64,000 nt of DNA, taken from the NCBI RefSeq assembly GCF_006345805.1, contig NC_043004.1, positions 6,758,001-6,822,000 of the forward strand. The letters are read 5' to 3'. Under the pieces are notes generated by a model. That model saw nothing but the letters and a program-made list of their open reading frames with translations. It made no database searches and had not been told where the DNA came from. Numbering within the stretch: the first letter of the stretch is position 1; each line of letters starts with the position of its first letter. This DNA comes from Octopus sinensis (lineage: Eukaryota). Position numbers and translations under genes: made by a program. Of this stretch, positions 37,401-51,310 are shown in pieces.

Positions 37401-40131
37401 TTCCTTTACAAAACCAATTTCAGGAAACTAACCAGCTGACTGATTCACCAACCAACTGATTCACCAACCAACTAGGCAAAAATGCATACCAGACAGACTT
37501 CATTCTCACCTGGAAACAGGAGAGGTAACTGGCTGTAAATATTGGTTTCAAACTTTAGCACAAGGGCAGCAATTTTAGGGAAGGGATAAGTCAATTACAT
37601 CAGTGCCAGTGTTCAACTGATACTTATTTTATTGATCCTCAAAGAATGAAAGGCAAAGTCGACCTCAGTGTAATTTGAACTCAGAATGTGAAGACAGATG
37701 AAATGCCACTAAATATTTTGCTCAGCATGCCAATGATACTGCCAGCTGGCTGTAAATATTAAGTCCTTCCCTAGTGAGAAATGTCCCGCCCACCCTAGAC
37801 TAGAAAACAGCAACCTCAGGATTATAGCTGCACAGATTTTGAGACACAAGACAATCTAGAGAAGAAAGCATGGAAATTTGTAAGATCCTTCAGCTGGAAA
37901 CAGATTCATCACCAACAGAGCAATAGCACCCCGCTGAAGAGTATGATTTTAGCAAGGTTTGAACTTACAACCATATCTTATGAAGAACAAAAATATTAAC
38001 TAGTTCAAAATCCGTTCAAGTAATGAGGTAAAAACACCTCAAAGAAATTGAATGAGAGTAAAAAACAAAAATCATTGAACCTCCTGCAGAAATGTTATTC
38101 CAATTGGATTCCCAGCATCCTCAGCTAAGAACACACCAACTAATCATTTCATGACCATATCTATAATGAAATTCTCCATTATTAAGCTGGTTTTTGAAAC
38201 ATAAATGTTCTTTGATAAAATTACAATAAACTTAAACACTTCAAAATGACCAAATTTGCATTTTAGAACTAGGACAGTCTCAGATAGGCTGATACCAAAA
38301 GGGTTATAACTGGTAATGTGTTGCTGATCTAATAATCATTTGTGATAAGACTAAACAATGATCTAAATTAAAATTTATTTTTAAAAAATGATTATAGGAA
38401 AAGAAACAAGCCCCAAAATAGCTGTAACTATTATCTGACATTTGTATTTGGTTTGCAAGATCCTTGATGTGAACTTGTGTGTTGAAAGAGATTTCATTGT
38501 ATCTCAGAAGGGTCATCACGCCAATAAATTCACACACACACAGGTTATATTTTACTTCTTCGTTTGTTATTTGTGAATTAGTAAACTAATTAACTAATGA
38601 TTGTTTGATTAATTATTTGGTTAATCAATCAGTCAGGCTTGTCAAAGTTCTTTTTTCACCATTCGCAACCTCATTAGAGAATGCCCTCTCTATTCCAAGT
38701 CTGCTTCAGGTATTATCTGGCTAAACACCTTTTAATATTGAATATATATTTGAGGCAGCGAGCTAGCAGAATCATTAACATGCCAGGCCAAATGCTTAGT
38801 GGCATATCATCTGTCTTTAAGCTCTGAGTTCAAATTTCACCATGGTCAACTTTGCCTTTTGTCCTCTCAGGGTTAATAAAACAAAACCAGTCGAGCAATG
38901 GGGTTGATTATAATCAACCTACCCCTTCTCTGAAATTGCTGGACTTGTGCCAAAATTCAATACCAATACTGAATATCTGCTTATGAATTTTCAGAGCCAC
39001 CAGAACATTTTAGGATATTTTTTCCCCCCATCAACTCAATACAGGTAATATAAATCAAAAGGTGTGCCTACTTTCTGAAGGCTAATGCTTTATCAATGTA
39101 GCTACTCCAACTTCTTAGAACCACTAATAATTTATGCAGTCATATAGTAGTAGTGGCAGATGTCAGAGCTAAGCAATAATCTGTTTGGTTGTATAGCAAC
39201 AGGAAGTGCCAGCATTAAGTTCTAACATGCAGTAGTACAGCAGCATACAGTGTTAGTTTAAGTTTATGCACTAACATGTGAAGTGGTATAGAAGCACAAG
39301 GTGTTAGATTAAGCACTAACGTGTGCAGTGGTATAGAAATAGAAGTTATTATTTTGAACAGTAAAAAGCTCTGCTTAAAATATTTAAGCAGCTTAACAAT
39401 AAAAATAACAAACTTTGCCCCCTTTGTTTATCTCCCTGAATCTCTAGCACACGTGCACACGAGCACGCAAAAACACGTGCATGCTGGCACATGTACACAT
39501 TATAAATTATTTCAACCAATACCACACTTGTGTCCGATGACCCATTAATATTCAAACTTTCTAAAAGTCACTACATAATGCAGGTTTGAATCCTATTGCA
39601 TTCGAAATAGCTTGGATTGCTTCGTTCAATATTCAGTTCACAAACCATGATTTGTGAATTAAGTCAGTCACCCACAAGAAATGATGGTTGCATGACTTCT
39701 AGTGGGTAATGACTTTATTCCAGATAACTCTTAAGAGCTAACATTTCTCTGAAAAAATTACAGGTATCAAACATTTTTTTAAAACTTGATTAGTCAGTCA
39801 GTTCAAAAGAAATATAAAAATATCATCTTGTATTAAAAAAAATGGAACAAAACCTCATTGTCTTAATTATGAATAAATTGAATGCTTTGCTTAAAGTATC
39901 TGTATTATCAATATATAAAATTATTTAACAATGACATTCAATGCTGGGGATAAAATATTTAATTCAAACTAAGCTATAATTGCAAGGCGCTGTTAGTTGT
40001 ATGTAGAAGGGGTTGTTATATCAAGCACTACTTTCAAAAATATTTACAAACATAAATATGTATGTGAAGACTAATATGATTGTGATGGTAGAATGATGAT
40101 GATGACAATGACGATGATGACAATGATGACA

Positions 40132-40175
<44 letters not shown>

Positions 40176-43115
40176 AACAGCATTTTTCTAGTAATGTCAA
40201 CAAATATTGTAGCTGAAGCCAAACATAGTTTGAAGAAGATCTCTGAGGATTATTCTATGTTGTTTCTGCAGCATCCAAGAATGATTGATATAATTCTGGA
40301 AGGGAACTTTCTGGAATGCTGTATAATCTTTTGTCTCACAGAATATTTTCACTTCTTTCTCTGTGACAATCAAATCAGCCTTCATTGCTTCTGAAGCAAA
40401 TATGAAAAAAAATAATCTTCCTTTCGTTCATCTGTATTTTTTAACACATGAACAAATGTGTGATACAACAGCACCAATTCAATGTTGGAATGGAAAACAT
40501 ATACATAAAATGATTAAAAACCTATAATGATGATGAATCTTTTTTTTTATATTTGATGAGTTTGTATTATTATTATTATTATTAATACTATTACTATTAT
40601 TATTTTCCATTATATGATGATGGTGTGTTAATATATAATACATGCTGCTGTGTTAAACTATATAAATTTATGCATCTGTGCAATGTTGTGAACTGTAAGT
40701 CCAAAGGGAACATTTAACTGATGCCTTTTCTTTAAAACAGGGAATGTTTTGCTTTTTGGTTAAAAAATAAAAGATTTGTTTATCTTTTGTTTTGTTTGAA
40801 ATAACTTTCCACAACCAACAAAATTCACCTGCAACAACAGACAATGAGAGTATGCCTGTCATTAAGCAATTTTCCATACGTATATCTGGAAAAGTCCTTT
40901 ACTTTTGCATCGATCTTTAAGTAGAGATGTCTTTTTTTCTACTTCTTTTCTTTGCATTTATTTCCTTTATTTCATTTATTTATCAATTTCTTTATTTTCT
41001 CTAACCCTAGATTCTTATGAAAACACAACAGATGGTTTGGCTCATTTTCTGACATTTAACCAAAAATGACTCTTTCTTTGAAAGACTCGTGTGTATCTAA
41101 TCAGCATTGCCAGCAGAGCATGAGAAAAAGTCACTCTTCCAGTAATAGTGGATTTTCAACAATTTCTCTTTAAGTAAACAAATAATATAAACAAATAAAA
41201 TAAATATATAACTAAAAAAAAACCCACCTACTATACTTATACAAAAATGAAGAATATCTAACACTTGTACAGCTTATGGTAACAGGTTCGAAGTCACAGT
41301 AGTCAGCATTTTGACCTGGTTTAAGATAAAAACCAATGAGTATGATGTTCTTTGTTCATTTATTTCCAAGGGCCATGCAAGCGTGACAAAATTATGAGTA
41401 AACCTCCATTCAAAAGAATCTCACCATCGATTGCAATAAAATATGCACTCGAGTGCAAAATGTGGACTTAACATTTACAGAAAACAGTTGATAATCTGCA
41501 ATGTTTCCAGCAGAATGTTACACATACAAGTTCTATAGTGTAAAGCCAATATCTGCGGAAACAAAAATATAACAACTGCTGCATAAGCTAGACAATTATC
41601 AATAAATACTTGATTTATAAACATTTTTCTTGTTATTTTGCTTGCTATTCACTAACCAAGAAATAAGTTCCAAAATACACATATTGAACACAGAAGCCTG
41701 TATCACATGCCTTATTTACTTTTCTATGACTGAATCCTGAATAATATTTTCCAAGTTGTCTTTCTATTTATTAATCCTTAACCATAGGAAATATTTCATA
41801 CCATTGTGAGAGCAGAGTAAGCTTGTTTGCAATGTTTGGCCATCATACTAACACAAAAAAAGTATCTGAAATTGTTCCATTGTTAAAAGCAGTACCATAA
41901 CAGTGTGTATTGATGTGGTTAGTTTATAATAACAATGTACTGTGACATGGTAGAAAGAAACTTTTCAGATTAGTTCATTAGCAGTTTGTTAGTGTTCATA
42001 TTTAATAGCAAAATTGATCAGTTAGTAGCAGTGAGTTCATATATTTTAGTCATTCATATTTCTGTTATCGTAAGTAGTGTACACTGAAGTAGTTTCTTAA
42101 AGCTTTCTCTAGAGAGATAGGAAACAACACCTCCTCCTCCTCCATCCTTGCATGGGTCAGATTTCGCAAGACATCTTCCAAGCAAGATAATACTTCCCCA
42201 TGGGAAACAGACATGTTTTATGGTAAACTGGAAGCAAACAACACTGCTTGTATGAGAGTGATGCTTGTTTACAACTATCACATAATGGCAAGACAAAAGT
42301 ACACAGAAACACATAAACACATACATATGATTGGCTTCTTATAGTTTCCATCTACCAAATCCATTCACATGGCCTTGGTCAGCCCAGAGCTATAACAGAA
42401 AACACTTACCCAAAGTGCTGTGCAGTGGGTCTGAACCCAAGACCCACATGGTTGAGAAGCAAGTTTCTTACCTACACAACCACACCTGTACTCACATAAA
42501 CCAAAGATTTTTTATTAGAATGTAAATAAAATTGATGTTCATATCTTCTGGGTTGCAAACCAGACTTATTGAAGTTTATCTTTTATGCAATGACACATGA
42601 GATAAGATATTAGTCTCCTCTTAGCTGCAAAGTTGTGAGTTTGTAGCTCAAAGGCAGGTGCTGGAGTCATGTTATGGCTAAACTGTTTTTTCCTACTTTA
42701 ATATATTTGGCATCAAAGAAGCTATGAAAAGAGAACTGAATAATTTTAGTGCTATACTAACTGGAAACTGACATTGTCTATATATAGTACTAAAACTGAA
42801 TCAGTCCACAAGATAAGTAATGACTTGTTATATCTTCAATTAAACAGTCAACTACTAAACTAAAGAATTCAAATTATAGCTGTGTATAGACTGCACTTAT
42901 CCAGCCAATATTAATGCTACCATAGAGGAGATGACAAAGGACTAGAGAGTGCTGTGCTAGGAGCTTCAAAAATTATGTATGTGCCCAAATATTACAATAT
43001 TTTACTCACTATTATCTTTATTGCTTATAATGTGTTTTTTTTTATAATTTTTTTTTTATGGAATCCAACAGACAATCTGTAACCATTTACTGACATGATG
43101 GAAGATGGCACAGAG

Positions 43116-43342
43116 AACCTTTTAGCATTCAGATTCCTCTGTCAAATGTAATGCTTATTTATTCATACTGTTTTGAATTAATCATGCATTGTTTTGTAGC
43201 TTTGCAATTTTGATGGTGTGATTGTTTGTTTTTAGAATGACATTATAGGAAGGTATGGGAAGCTGGATCTGACTGGTTGGAACATAAAACAGGTAAAATA
43301 TTTGGGCTGGATATGGCCAGCTTTTAAACACTAAAGGGTTAA
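43116..43342 (+). mobile_element. piggyBac-type MITE family 1
   Basis: AACCTTTTAGCATT ... ACTAAAGGGTTAA ends. Homologous to 63527-63754, 47020-47245 and 16290-16468. Confidence 0.75.
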
Positions 43343-43794
43343 GTTAATAATTTGAGTAATTAAGAAAATATTTATATCCAACACAGAAATATATCGATAT
43401 AGAGAAAAATTACACAAAAACCAAAATTAAACCCAGTTTAATAAAGTAGATTATCTTCGAAAATAATTTTTAAAAAAAATCATAGTTTCACTTCAGTATT
43501 TCTATATTGTTTAACGGTTGAATGGTTCTGGCAATTTTGTATTGTATTTCCATAAATTCTCAGAGTAATATTTTTACAGCCAGAAGCACTTTTTCATGCC
43601 TTACATTTAACTGTTAAGCAGTGTTGCAGCTATTTTTATTTATGAGACATAGTGAAAAAAGTAAACCTTCTACTTTGCCTAAATACAAAATACAATTCTC
43701 AGTGAAAAGGCTTATCTCATGAAATAGGAAGTAATAATCCAAAAACCAAATATACAACTTTGACACTATCGTTATATTTTATAATCAGCTATAG

Positions 43795-44186
43795 ATACAT
43801 GCATGGCAGTGGAGTTAAGAAACTCACTTTGTGACCATGTAGTTTTGAGTTCACTCCCATGGCATGGTACCTTGAACAAGTACCCCCTACTATAGCCTCA
43901 GGCTGACCAATACTTTGCAAGTGAATTTGGTAGATGGAAACTGCATCGAAGCCTGTCATATGTGTGTGTGTGTGTCTGTGTTTGTGACCCCATCACTGCT
44001 TGACAACTGGTGTTGTTTTGTTTATGTCTCTTTAAATTAATGGTTTAGTAAAGAATAAGCAAATAAAATCAATGCAATAAATATTAGACTTAAGAAAAAG
44101 AGGTGCTAGAGTTGATTTGTTTGACTAAACCGTAGAAAGTGATGCCCCAGCATGACCACAGCCTAATGATTGAAACAAGTAAAAGA
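43795..44186 (+). mobile_element. SINE A
   Basis: Homology to family A. Confidence 0.8.
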
Positions 44187-46334
44187 CATTCAACAGTATA
44201 TTCATAAATTTCCTCACAAACTATAATCTCACTTAATATGACATATTTTTCATATGAAAATATTTTTTTACCTTCACTTATAAAGTGAAAATAAATCACT
44301 GTTTTACATGCATCTGAATATTTACAAATTTTGTGAACTATGTTCTTTTAGCGAATATTTTAATCTTTCATCCCCTAACATAAAGCTGAATCCCTCCCTT
44401 TGTCAAGGTTCTTTGTTGTGAACTGCGTGGTGACCTCAAAAGAGCTGGTGGCATGACAAAAGCATGCATCACATGTTGTAAAGTGCTTAGCATTAGGAAG
44501 GACATCTAGCTGTAGAAACCATGCCAAAGCAAGCACTGGAGTACAATAGTCCTTGGACCCATCAGATTCTGTCACAGCATTCAAGCCATGTCAGGATGGA
44601 ACATGGACATTAAATGATGCTGATGCTGATTTATTTTCGTCTTCCACTAAATAATCAATAATGAAATCTTTATTTTATATAGATTTTTCTAATTTTCCAA
44701 AAATCAGTTGGAGATAATTCTTTAGATTTTTTTCCTAGATGTCCTTGGAGGAGTCTTTCTTCCCAGAAAAAGCCATGCTGATTGATAATCTATACACTGT
44801 TTTCAGTATTTTCTGTTGAAATATTAGCTTTGGCTTTCTAGAGAAGCAGCTTTATGCATACAATATTCATAATGCTAGCATAACTCCAGACATTCCACTC
44901 TGGTTTCTTTATCCACTCCATTCTTTAAAACCTCATTGTATTTCCTTAGAATCCTTTTTGCTTTGATTGATCAATAACTAAAAGAAACCATCAACATAGT
45001 TCAGTTATTTGATGATTTCTTATACATTTATTCCCAGTCAGTAGCTTAATAATATATTCAGATAATATACTGCAAACAGTCTGTTACTGTAGCTACAGTT
45101 CTTGTCTCTGATGATGCCAATTCTATCGCAAACACTAACAAAGAATAAAACAAGTGGAGAGAATTGAGTGCTCTCAAGATAAAGTAGGAGCCATAATCTG
45201 GGATTCTATCCAAGTTATAAATCTTCGACTAGGTTGGTTCTCTCAGTGCAACTCTAAAAAGCTGTACAGTGCAATCTTCTAAAAGAAATTCCGGAAAACT
45301 ACAAATACAGTATAAACTACTTCTTGTGAAAAGAAGGGAAACAGTTTTATCATACTGCTGAAAAATATTTTCAAGGTATTATATAACAATCGGTTTTTTT
45401 AAAACAGTTTTCTACTGAAGTTATAAAAATACAATAAAAAATAGTTTATCTTCAAAACTATGCAATGAACAGAAGCATTTTTCTCATGGTTGAACAATAG
45501 TACATTTTAATAGTACTACTCACATTTATTTCTCATCTTATTGCTCCTAGGAAAGAAAGCTTCTCCAGACATTTTGGATTTGCCTTTCTTCTCTCCAGAT
45601 TTCTGAAATCTCTTTTGTTGTTCCTTTGTTAGTGTATAGAAACCATTCTCTGAGAATTCTACTTAGTTTCCTGAATTTAAGGGAAAGACAGCATTCACTT
45701 CTATAAATAGCTCTCCATTGGTCCAATTAAGTTTAGAGTCTACAGTTGAGGATGTCTAATGTTTTGGTTAGATTTTAAATACTGGTCAAGAGGAAGTTCT
45801 TTAGGACTTCATAACTGATTTCTTAGGTTGGGACAGCCAAACAATAATGTCTTGTATGATTTCATTTGCACTTATACAAACAAGAACTTTGTCTTGCTTA
45901 TTATCAAAGAGTTCTACTTGGGCTGATGGTTTAATAAAGATTTGCTAAGTACACAAAAGAATTTTATAATGTTTTTTTTCTTCCTTACTTTCTATTTCTT
46001 GCCGTTTGCATATTGTTGACTAAAACAGGGAATACAGCAATTTCTGGTTTTCTTTAATTTAGCAACAGTGGCTTTTACTAACTGCATGCTCTTGTATGAA
46101 GTCTTCTTAACACTCATGTTAAGTTTAGCAAAGGTTGTTGTTTAAACTCAAATCAGCTTAAATTCAGTAGACCCTATGATCAGTAACATTTCAGCTGTGA
46201 CGACCCATCTTTTTCTTATGTGCAGGGAACCTAATTATATATGCAAACTACACTTCACATAAAAATAAACACACACATTCATATATAATCATATCATACA
46301 CATACAAAAGATATGTTTCAGTTATTGTATGTAA

Positions 46335-46367
<33 letters not shown>

Positions 46368-46369
<2 letters not shown>

Positions 46370-46581
46370 TTTTTTTCTGTAATGAGATAAAAAAACCAAG
46401 GCTGTGTAGATTTTAGAACATTTATAGATAGAAGGTCTTACAATTGTTTCCAGGATATTTATTATATCCCTTCATCAGAGACAAAGGGATACAATAAATA
46501 TCCTGGAAAGACCTATCTATAAATGGTCTAAAATCTACACAGCCTTGGTTTTTTTTTTTATCTCATTACAGAAAAAAAATT
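46368..46581. repeat. Fold-back element (arms ~46368-46471 and ~46485-46581) in a (TA)n-flanked insert extending to ~46712
   Basis: Arms are reverse complements. The left arm plus spacer holds a complete minus-strand hammerhead; the right arm starts after the CTGATGA box. Confidence 0.9.
46435..46482 (-). ncRNA. Minimal type I hammerhead ribozyme motif
   Basis: Minus strand: GTCT-CTGATGA-A-GGGATAT(AATAA)ATATCCT-G-GAAAC-AATT-GTA-AGAC. 4-bp stem I, 7-bp stem II, palindromic ACAATTGT helix III, GUA triplet. Confidence 0.85.
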
Positions 46582-46709
46582 TTATATACACACGCTGACA
46601 TATGACCAACATTGAACCCCTTATTCTCATAATCACCAAACCTGGAACTTAACTATGGTCTATCTATAACACTTATTCAGCATTACTTGACACCATTACC
46701 TCTCACAAC

Positions 46710-46756
<47 letters not shown>

Positions 46757-47019
46757 TATACATATAATGATAGGAAGGAGGAAAATGGCCAAGAAGACCA
46801 ACACAAAGAAAGATAATCAATGCAGATTTTAGTGTTTGAATTCTTTAAAATAAAGCTAAAAGAAATGTAAAACAACTGGAAAGAGTGTGAAATAATCAAT
46901 GGGTTGATTAAACTGCAATAATTCTCTTTCAGCAGAAACAACACACCTATTAGCTTTGATAGACCAAACTTTTCTCTTTACATAGTATCATTATTCACAG
47001 TAACAATATAAGTTTAATG

Positions 47020-47245
47020 TTTTAGCCTTCCAATTACTCTGTCAAATGTAATAGCTTATTTATTCCCATTGTTTTGAATTAATTAGACACTATCTTGTAG
47101 ATTCAATATTTTGATAATGTGAATGTTTATTTTTAGAATTGTTGAGTAGGCGTGAGAAGCTGGATCTGGCCAGATTGAACATAAAACAGGTGTGAGAGGC
47201 CATATCTGAATATGAATAAGCCGGATATGGCTGGTTTAAATGCTA
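47020..47245 (+). mobile_element. piggyBac-type MITE family 1, eroded ends
   Basis: Internal homology (CTCTGTCAAATGTAAT...GTTTTGAATTAAT...GAACATAAAACAGG). Confidence 0.65.
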
Positions 47246-49046
47246 GTTTTATTAAGAAGATTTCTGAACAGTACTTTTGTTTTTAAATTAAGGGATATTG
47301 TTAACTGCAGATCTTATAAAAGAGAAAAAGAAGATGTTCATATGCAGATGTTCCACCATACTAGTGCACTGGCACTGCCTTAGCTTTCCCAAATAACAAC
47401 TGCAACTAAAAGTTGCAGCCATTATCTGAGTGAACATGGATTCCTCAAGTGAATATGAGGAATTCCTTATGGGTTACAAATTTGAATTACTTTTATTTTG
47501 TCCCATACCCAATTCTCAAATAATGTATTTGTAAATGCAATTTAAATTTAGGTTTAAACATAAAAAAAAATAATAAATAACTGAATAGGAAATTTAAAAA
47601 AACAAGAAAAAATAGATTACTACAATGATTGCAATGAAAATTTTAAGGAAAAAAAATATTTAAAAAACTGTATATGAGAAAAAAGCCAAATCTTTTTGTG
47701 AAAATTAATGTTTAAATGAAGAATTCCTAAGCTGCCAAAGAAAGGACAGTTATCAACTCGGCACATCAGCTTGTTAATCAACACCAAAGTGACATGCAAA
47801 GAAAATGCTCAGCTGCAAAGAAATTTGTATTTATTTTGCTTGTCTCTAGGGAGTAAGACCACTTAGTTTGTCACCAAGCACAACATCGAAAATAGAATAA
47901 CTAATAAATAAATAAAACAACTTGTCAAAATATAAAATAATTAAACAAATCTTGATAAAACCTGTTCATTCCCTGTGTGATACAGAGTAATTATATAAAA
48001 CATAGTTTGAGTGCATTATGCAGCTTACATACAGAAAGAAAGCCTCAAATAATTTTCAATTTTCAGTCCTGAGAAAATGGAAGTTGCTTGTTAATATTCC
48101 TTTATTTACAAGAAGGAAATTTAACTGACCATTATGGACTATTCTATTTGTATTTTTGTTGTTTCAAGCAGGCCAGTTTCACCAAACAACAATTTTGAAC
48201 CTGGGTAAACAAATTCCTTTTAACCTTTTTGTTACCATATTTCTGTTGATTTTAATTATTTTTGAAAATAACAAAAAATTTAATAAAATAACTTTGTTGT
48301 TATTATTAAAGCAGTGAGTGAGCAGAATCATTAGCATACTGAGTGAAATGCTTAGCGGCATTTTGTCTCTCTTCATGTTCTGAATTCAAATTTCACCAAA
48401 GCTGACTTTTAGGGGTCGATGGATCAAGTACCAGTTGAGCACTGGTGTCAATGTAATCAACTAGCCTCCTACCCCAAAATTTCACGCCTTGTGCCTATAG
48501 TGGAAAGGCTTACTAAGGTGGTGTTGGAATATAAACTAACATGGGATATTGGTTTCAAATTTTGGCACAAGGCCAGCAATTTTAGGGGAGAATTTCAAAA
48601 TGAATCTATTAAATGATAAAAAGGCCTCAAATTCCAGTCTCAATCTTTTAAAACAATAGTAAAATAGCTAAGAAGGATGTAGAGATTATTGTTAAGTCAC
48701 TAGCTAAGGCAATACGTTCTGATTAACAATAAAACATGAAAGGAAAAATGCCTATTAATTCAGGTGTAAGCTGTTTTGTTTAATATTCAGTCACAATTTT
48801 AATGACAAACACATGAGGGCAAAAAAAAAAAAAAACTGTTGCATAGTTTTTATTGTTCTAGAAGTTGGCTATGAAATATATTTTTGTTAATTGCTTAAAA
48901 ACTTCTGTATGGGAGCATCACTGTAAGCAGGTTTATCAGCAACACCTTTTTCATTATTAGCAACAACCTTTTTGTTTATTAGTAACATCTTTTTGTTTAT
49001 TAGTAACAGCTTTTTCCTTATTAGCAACAACTACTTTCAGCTAGAC

Positions 49047-49452
49047 CAGTGGGTCTGAACCATTTTTTGTCTGTGGGGCCCCTTTGATTCCCATCTTACT
49101 CCTGTAGCCATTTGAAGTTTTAAAAAAGTCTTATTATATTTTTATAATTAAATATTATTAGGAATTGTATAAAAAATATTGTAAAGATTATTTGCCAACA
49201 TAATGTTAGAGTCCTAGTTATGACGAATGTTACTGTCCTAACCAGGACTGCCACATTGTGTTGGCAAATAATCTTTATTCCAGAGTATTGTTGAGAGATT
49301 TAGAAATAATAATTTTTCGATTTATAAAAAAAAATATTGTTATAATATTTTGTGTATTGTAGAATTACTACTGATTTATTTCACATAATTTTTAACAACT
49401 AAATCTTACATTAACCCCAAAGGGCCACATGGACCCCAGTTGAAAAGCACTG
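49047..49452. mobile_element. hAT (Charlie-like) MITE
   Basis: Ends CAGTGGGTCTGAACC / CAGTTGAAAAGCACTG. 8-bp TSD AGCTAGAC / AGTTAGAC. Confidence 0.8.
49183..49339. mobile_element. Short hairpin-headed insertion (42-bp arms 49183-49224 and 49235-49276) with target-site duplication
   Basis: Inverted arms, plus the direct repeat TATAAAAAA(AA)TATTGT at 49168-49182 and 49323-49339. Nested in a hAT MITE. Confidence 0.7.
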
Positions 49453-49610
49453 AGTTAGACTAACTTTGATGATTAAGCTTAGTGAAAAACAACATGCCTC
49501 AAGCCTCTGTGCATGATCCAACAATTAGATCCACAGTTTTTAAGTTAACTGTACATCACCAATTCAGAAAGAGTATTAAGTATTTCAAGTTCTAAACTGT
49601 TAATTTATCA

Positions 49611-49995
49611 TTTATCTTTTACTTGTTTCAGTCACTGGACTGCAGCCATGCTGAAGCACTGCCTTGAAGGGTTTTAGTTGAACAAATCAATCCCAGTACT
49701 TATTTGTTTAAGTTTGGTGCTTATTCTGTCAGTCTCTTTTGCAAAATTACTAAGTATATGGGGATGCAAACAAACCAAGACTGGTTGTCGAATGGGGTGG
49801 TGGATAGATACAAACAAAAAGACATATACACCCACAACTGCACACAGACACAATGGGCTTCCACATAGTTTCTGTTTATCAAATTCACTCCCAAGGCTAC
49901 AATAGGAGATACTTGGCCAAGGTGCCATGTAGTGGGACTGAACCTGAAACTGTGTGGTAGTACAGCAAGCTTCTTAAGCACACAACCATGCCTAT
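49611..49995 (-). mobile_element. SINE A
   Basis: Homology to family A. Confidence 0.85.
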
Positions 49996-50002
49996 GCCTA
50001 GT

Positions 50003-50360
50003 ATTCTTTTCTACTCTAGGCCCGAAATTTTGGGGGAGGGGGCCCAGTTGATTAGATCGACCTCAGTATGCAACTGGTACTTCATTTATTAACCCCAAAA
50101 GGATGAAAGGCAAAGTCAACCTCGGCGGAGAGTGTATGTGCAGATATTCTTTTCTAATCTAGGCACAAGGCCCGAAATTTTGGAGGAGGGGGCCAGTCAA
50201 TTAGATAGACCCTAGTATGCAACTGGTACTTAATTTATCAACCCTGAAAGGACGAAAGGCAAAATCAACCTCAGCGAAATTTGAACTCAGAGCATAAAGA
50301 GACAAAATACCGCTAAGCATTTCGCCTGGTATGCTCACAATTCTGCCTGCTTGCCGCCTT
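50003..50360 (-). mobile_element. SINE B with a tandemly duplicated 3' half
   Basis: 50003-50130 is repeated at 50146-50280, followed by the head. Confidence 0.8.
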
Positions 50361-50719
50361 TACCTAAGTAATAATAATAATAAAAACAAAATAATTGAAG
50401 AAAAATTGCAAAATACTTTTGTTTTCTCCAGTTTGAAACTGAATCCTAGGCTCTTGAAACAATGGTAATATGGATAACTTAATTGTGTTGCCAAGCCAAA
50501 CACAGTTTTGTTGTTAGATTGACTTTGATAAACTTAAATGATCAATTAGTTAGTTGGTTAGATATTTAGCCAAATGGCTAACAATAAAGAAGTGGTACTG
50601 AACCAGTGCTTGTGTTACTATTGACATAATGACCCTCCCAAGACACAACAAAATTTAGCTCAGAAATGTTATTCAAATATTATGAGTTATAAATTGTTAA
50701 TTGGTTAAAAAAAATAAAT

Positions 50720-51310
50720 CAGGCATGGCTGTGTGGTTAAGAAGCTTGCTTTGTAAGCACATCGTTTCAGGTTCAGTCCTACTATGTGGCACATTGGGCA
50801 AGTGTTTTCTACTATAGCCCTGAGTTAATTTGTGAAGTGAATTTGGTAGATGGAAACTGTGTAGAAGCCTGTCATAAATGTGTGTGTGTATTTTTCTCTG
50901 TGTTTGTGCTTGGCCTCCTACCACTTGACAACTGGTGTTAGTTTGTTTACAACACCCATAACTTAGCAGTTAGTCAAAAGAAACCAATAGAACAAGTCCA
51001 CTCGTCAACATCATTTAACATCAGTTTCTCCATGCTGGCATGAGTTGGATGGTTCGACAAGAGCTGGTGAGTTAGAGGACTGCACCCAGCTCCAGTGTCA
51101 GCTTTGGTATGGTTTCTATGGCTGGATGCCCTTCCTAATGCTAATCACTTTACAGAGTGTCTTGTGGTGCTTTTTGCATGGCACTGGTATCAGCAAGGAT
51201 ACCAAGTTACTTGTAAGATCTCTGAACTAATAAAAAAAAGTACTGGGGTTGATCTACATGACTAAACCCTTTAATGCAGTACAATGGTTGGAACAAGCAA
51301 ACAATAAAAA
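50720..51310 (+). mobile_element. SINE A interrupted by a SINE C fragment (51006-51200, -)
   Basis: Homology to families A and C. Confidence 0.8.

Noticed and set aside
45104-45146. CTGATGA-TGC...GCA-AAC
   Set aside because: Lacks GAAA and an NUH triplet with a matching stem I.
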